DNA of 64,000 nt from an uncultured cyanobacterium. Lineage in GTDB: Bacteria > Cyanobacteriota > Cyanobacteriia > Cyanobacteriales > Nostocaceae. Of the stretch, positions 62,188 through 64,000 are shown in pieces (within the stretch, counting starts at the first letter, position 1; each line of letters begins with the position of its first letter). The notes beneath the pieces were generated by a model, which saw only the letters and a list, made by a program, of their open reading frames with translations, searched no databases and was not told the origin of the DNA. A program made the translations under genes and the position numbers. The stretch covers positions 1,760,001-1,824,000 of the forward strand of contig CAVUDP010000002.1 in NCBI GenBank assembly GCA_963740315.1. The letters are read 5' to 3'.

Positions 62188-62934
62188 ATGAAATTCCTCG
62201 GCATCGATTTGGGTTGGAAATCGCAACCAAGCGGCTTATGTTATCTAGAATTAATCGACGGTAAGCTGCAATTACAAGATTTAAATAGACTCGATGCGAT
62301 CGCAGATATCTTGGCTTGGGTTGATAATTGCGTTAATGCTGACGAAAGCGCCATTATAGCGGTAGATGCACCAACTCTTATCCCTAACGCTACCGGAAGT
62401 CGCTTACCCGACAAACTGACTCACAAACACTTTGGCAAATATCACGCTGGATGTTACCCAGCAAATCTCGGTTTAGCTTTTGCTCAACGCACGGTTAATT
62501 TTGGCTTAGAATTGGAATCTCGCGGTTATCTCCACGCACCGACTATAGAAGCGCAAAAGCTTGGTAGATATCAAGTTGAAGTATTCCCACATCCCGCTAT
62601 AGTTCAGCTTTTTGGCTTAGAGCGCATTCTCAAATATAAAAAAGGAAGAATAAGCGATCGCCATCTTGAACTCACCAAGCTTTACAATTACATCACCGAT
62701 ATTTTACCGACTTTAGAACCAAGTTTAAATAAAGATACAAATTCGCATTTCTTGCATTTTGAATTCTTGATTTCAACCTGTACGGGGAAAATTCTTAAAG
62801 CAGCAGAAGATAAGCTTGATAGTTTTATTTGTGCTTATGTCGCGGCTTATTGGTGGTATTGGGGAGAACAACGAAATTTAGTTTTGGGTGATGCAAATAC
62901 TGGTTATATTGTGATTCCAAATAAAGTGGGGTGA
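62188..62934 (+). CDS. DUF429 family RNase H-like protein
   Basis: FLGIDLGW, VAVDAP, EVFPHPA and EDKLDS motifs. Confidence 0.85.
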   Translation: MKFLGIDLGWKSQPSGLCYLELIDGKLQLQDLNRLDAIADILAWVDNCVNADESAIIAVDAPTLIPNATGSRLPDKLTHKHFGKYHAGCYPANLGLAFAQRTVNFGLELESRGYLHAPTIEAQKLGRYQVEVFPHPAIVQLFGLERILKYKKGRISDRHLELTKLYNYITDILPTLEPSLNKDTNSHFLHFEFLISTCTGKILKAAEDKLDSFICAYVAAYWWYWGEQRNLVLGDANTGYIVIPNKVG

Positions 62935-62987
62935 TGAGGAGTAGGAAATTATTCTCCTCATGCTATAAAATAAGTTTTACTTTTAAC

Positions 62988-64000
62988 TTATTTGTGCGTA
63001 CTACCGTCTGGCATAATCGCACCTGTTAGTTTGACATTGTTTAGGTTTACACCGTTGAGGTTAGTATATCGCAAGTTCGCACCTCTTAAGTCAGCACCAT
63101 CGAGCTGAGTGAAATAAAATTTTGCACCCCGTAAATCCGCGCCACGTAAATCCGCGTTATTCAAATCCGCGTTATCTAAATTCGCGTTTGATAAATTTGC
63201 ATCTGTCAATATTGCACTACTAAGCCTTGCTCCAAGAAGATTTACATCGCTCAAATTACTGCCTTTAAAATTTGCATTTACCAAATTACTATGTTGTAAA
63301 TTACCTTTTTTAAGGCTAATACCTTGTAGTTGAGTATTTGCTAAGTTTGCATTTTGAAAGTTACAGAAGTTGCACTCTTTGGTTGTCTTCAATTTATCCA
63401 GCAGAATCGCTTGCTCGCGTTTCATTAGTAATTCTTGTAACCTATTTATTCTATCTATTTTGTCTTCAAGATGTTCTTTTTTATAGAGAAGATGGTCAAT
63501 TGTTCTTCGTTGTCTTTCAATTACACGCTGTTGATAAACAGAAGTTTTTTGAATACTTTGAGTTCCTGCAATAGCTATCAAAATAAGTAATGGTACTGCA
63601 AAAGTTTGACCGAATATACTGCCTTCAATTGATTTTGATTTGGATTTTGTGTTTGATTTTAATAAAATAGGGATTGGCTTTAATGCCTCTAATGCTACTG
63701 CTGCGTTTGCAAACCTATTTTTGATATTTGGCTCAACCATTTTACGCAACCACCGTACAAATTGCGGATCAATCCCTGATGGCAAACACTTAAAATCAAA
63801 TCGGTATTCATCATTAATTAATTTACCAACATCAACCGAACGGGTACCGCTGAGCAAACAAATTAACGTTACGCCTAAACTATATAAATCGGATGCTTCT
63901 GTTAAATCGCGACCAAAATATTCTTCAGGAGGAATAAAACCAGGAGTTCCAGAAGCAACGCTGCTAAGTGCAATTTCATTATTATGAATTCTTGCAAACC
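62988..64000 (-). CDS. Ser/Thr protein kinase with C-terminal pentapeptide repeats (5' part outside the window)
   Basis: Frame open to the window edge: FAR..GTPGFIPPEE..SDLYSLGVTL, then transmembrane helix, coiled coil, CNFC and ADL repeats ending GAIMPDG. Confidence 0.92.
   Translation of the reverse strand, partial: FARIHNNEIALSSVASGTPGFIPPEEYFGRDLTEASDLYSLGVTLICLLSGTRSVDVGKLINDEYRFDFKCLPSGIDPQFVRWLRKMVEPNIKNRFANAAVALEALKPIPILLKSNTKSKSKSIEGSIFGQTFAVPLLILIAIAGTQSIQKTSVYQQRVIERQRRTIDHLLYKKEHLEDKIDRINRLQELLMKREQAILLDKLKTTKECNFCNFQNANLANTQLQGISLKKGNLQHSNLVNANFKGSNLSDVNLLGARLSSAILTDANLSNANLDNADLNNADLRGADLRGAKFYFTQLDGADLRGANLRYTNLNGVNLNNVKLTGAIMPDGSTHK

Noticed and set aside
757..63987. Numerous short antisense or overlapping ORFs in the six-frame track
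   Set aside because: They are shadow frames of well-supported genes and lack recognisable motifs.

Overview
AT-rich chromosomal window from a filamentous, probably heterocyst-forming cyanobacterium (Nostocales-like). This placement is inferred from psaC and chlP, frequent GCGATCGC HIP1 octamers, and heptamer STRR arrays in most intergenic gaps. Housekeeping genes include psaC (partial), gloA, trmFO, tRNA-Arg(CCG), txlA, murG, chlP, metF, trpS, pip, a thioredoxin and a ferredoxin. Signalling genes include a 3xGAF DXCF cyanobacteriochrome with a degenerate MCP tail, a multi-PAS histidine kinase, a STAS/PP2C pair and two Ser/Thr kinases. There is also a TetR-hydrolase-GST-GST unit, a candidate Type II R-M pair, an orphan C5 methyltransferase, two TA modules (HicAB and DUF1778/GNAT) and four damaged genes. 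I found no CRISPR-Cas locus, prophage or transposase gene. The most unusual signal is in small non-coding repeats. A 7-copy 79-bp tandem array of a branched REP doublet includes the 3' end of an EEP-nuclease gene. Two gene cassettes (a PhyH dioxygenase and hicAB) are each bracketed by near-identical REP-derived direct repeats. Nested ~21-25 nt insertion elements show compensatory hairpin changes. All family assignments come from motif recognition by eye; no database searches were run.
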